DNA of 63,666 nt, counting the filler, from Rhabdomonas costata (lineage: Eukaryota), in the NCBI GenBank assembly GCA_019059605.1. It is 55 parts of 55 records of this genome, joined end to end, with 100 filler letters (N's around TTAATTAATTAA, not from the genome) between each part and the next. Parts side by side here need not be neighbours in the genome. Positions count along the whole stretch, not along the records: positions 62,608 to 63,666 come from JAHMHO010030853.1; 54 more parts are not named here. The stretch is one strand, 5' to 3'. A program made the position numbers and the translations under genes. This document shows positions 62,730-63,666 of this stretch, piece after piece (positions within the stretch are counted from its first letter, which is position 1; the number at the start of each line of letters is the position of its first letter). The notes beneath the pieces are model-generated. The model was given only the letters and a program-made list of their open reading frames with translations. It did not search any database and was not told the origin of the DNA.

Positions 62730-63666
62730 ATTTGCATCAAAAATTGTATATGGTTTAGTAATTGTTAATCCTTGTGTTGAATGACATGTGAAACAATGCG
62801 GTAAACTCATATATTTTAATTGATTATACGTGATAAACATTTCTTTATTTTCATACACACTTTTAATTTTGAACAAATATTTGTTATTTGAATAATGTTC
62901 TAAAATCTGATATAGATAATTTGTATATAATTGTGCTTCTTTTCTTTTTGGTGGTTGTCTACAAATAATGTACTGTCCAACATGATATTTAAAATCATAT
63001 GTTTTGTTGTTGTGTTCATGTTGATATTCAATATAATCATTTGGGACAACTACTAAATTATCTTGAACATGTTTATTTGTTTTGTATGATCTTGATCTAA
63101 AATATGATATATTATCATGAGTAATTAGTTTAGATATATTTCTAATAACTTTAAAATCATACTTTTTGAAAATATCCATAATATTTAATGTAGTGTCAAA
63201 AATATCTCTTTTAAGATTCTTGAGTTTTTCTCGGTCTACTGGATCTTTTAAACGCTTATTCATTCGTAACATGATATGTGCATCAAACATACTCATTATG
63301 CAATCGACAAGATACTTGTTTTTCGATCCGATATTATTAAAATCGAAATTTAAGGGTAAATTTTGTGCATCGTCACCATTGGCAATGATTTTTTATCTGG
63401 GTGTGCCTTGATAAAGCGTTGAATACTTGAAAGTAATTGAGGATCATATAATAAAATTTCTTCAAAGACAACACAATCAAATTTAGATACATCAAACACT
63501 TTACGTTTCGATTTTTTACCATTAATATTCAGTGACATTAGATTGTGTAATGTGATAGATCTATGCCCTTTAATAATTAATTCTTGGCATAGTTGATTAT
63601 AAGGTGTAACACACAATATATTTTTTCCAGCTAGCGATGAAGCATAACTTTTTCCCACACCCCACC
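62730..63666 (-). pseudogene. SF1 (PIF1/RecD-like) helicase of Polinton-like-virus type, AT-rich, one frameshift at about 63390; partial
   Basis: Walker A GVGKS, motif Ia VTPYN, Walker B VVFEEI, then after the shift motif III IANGD..Q, NKR, and TCHSTQGLTI. The left contig end (62608-62727) is a fold-back copy. Confidence 0.8.

Noticed and set aside
38271..63666. Treating the AT-rich contigs, or any neighbouring contigs, as one operon or system
   Set aside because: Adjacency across linkers is artificial, so physical linkage cannot be inferred from this window.

Overview
This window is not contiguous DNA. It is about 55 unrelated contigs of roughly 1.06 kb, joined by an artificial 100-nt linker (N44-TTAATTAATTAA-N44, with stops in all six frames), so gene order across linkers means nothing. 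Most contigs start with G/T-only sequence and end with C/A-only sequence, and many ends fold back on themselves. This fits whole-genome amplification with G/T-degenerate primers (inference). The host is an intron-rich eukaryote with short GC-rich exons and GT-AG or GC-AG introns. It is most likely a euglenozoan, probably a euglenid, because of the trypanosomatid-type receptor adenylate cyclase domains, the euglenozoan-like cytochrome c C-terminus and the GC donors. Recognisable host gene pieces are a PBP-type cyclase ectodomain, three class III cyclase domains, a PatZ/ACD-like acyl-CoA ligase, a TRM2-like methyltransferase, a C2 domain, a PPP phosphatase, DUF4139, a Ttd14-like ATPase, a kinesin-like exon, cytochrome b5, a DHHC palmitoyltransferase, cytochrome c, exportin-7 and TMEM131. 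There is also a decayed Merlin/ISXO2 transposase and three AT-rich, intronless, virus-like contigs (SF1 helicase; RING plus FGKY[K]G-motif ORF; an NCLDV-like fragment). The most notable leads are two consecutive, phase-compatible TRM2 exons on opposite strands, a cytochrome c with Cys at the near-invariant Thr78 position, apparently catalytically dead kinesin and cyclase domains, and possible endogenous Polinton-like or giant-virus DNA. All family calls are by eye from motif recall, with no database search. No complete novel system can be shown from 1-kb fragments.
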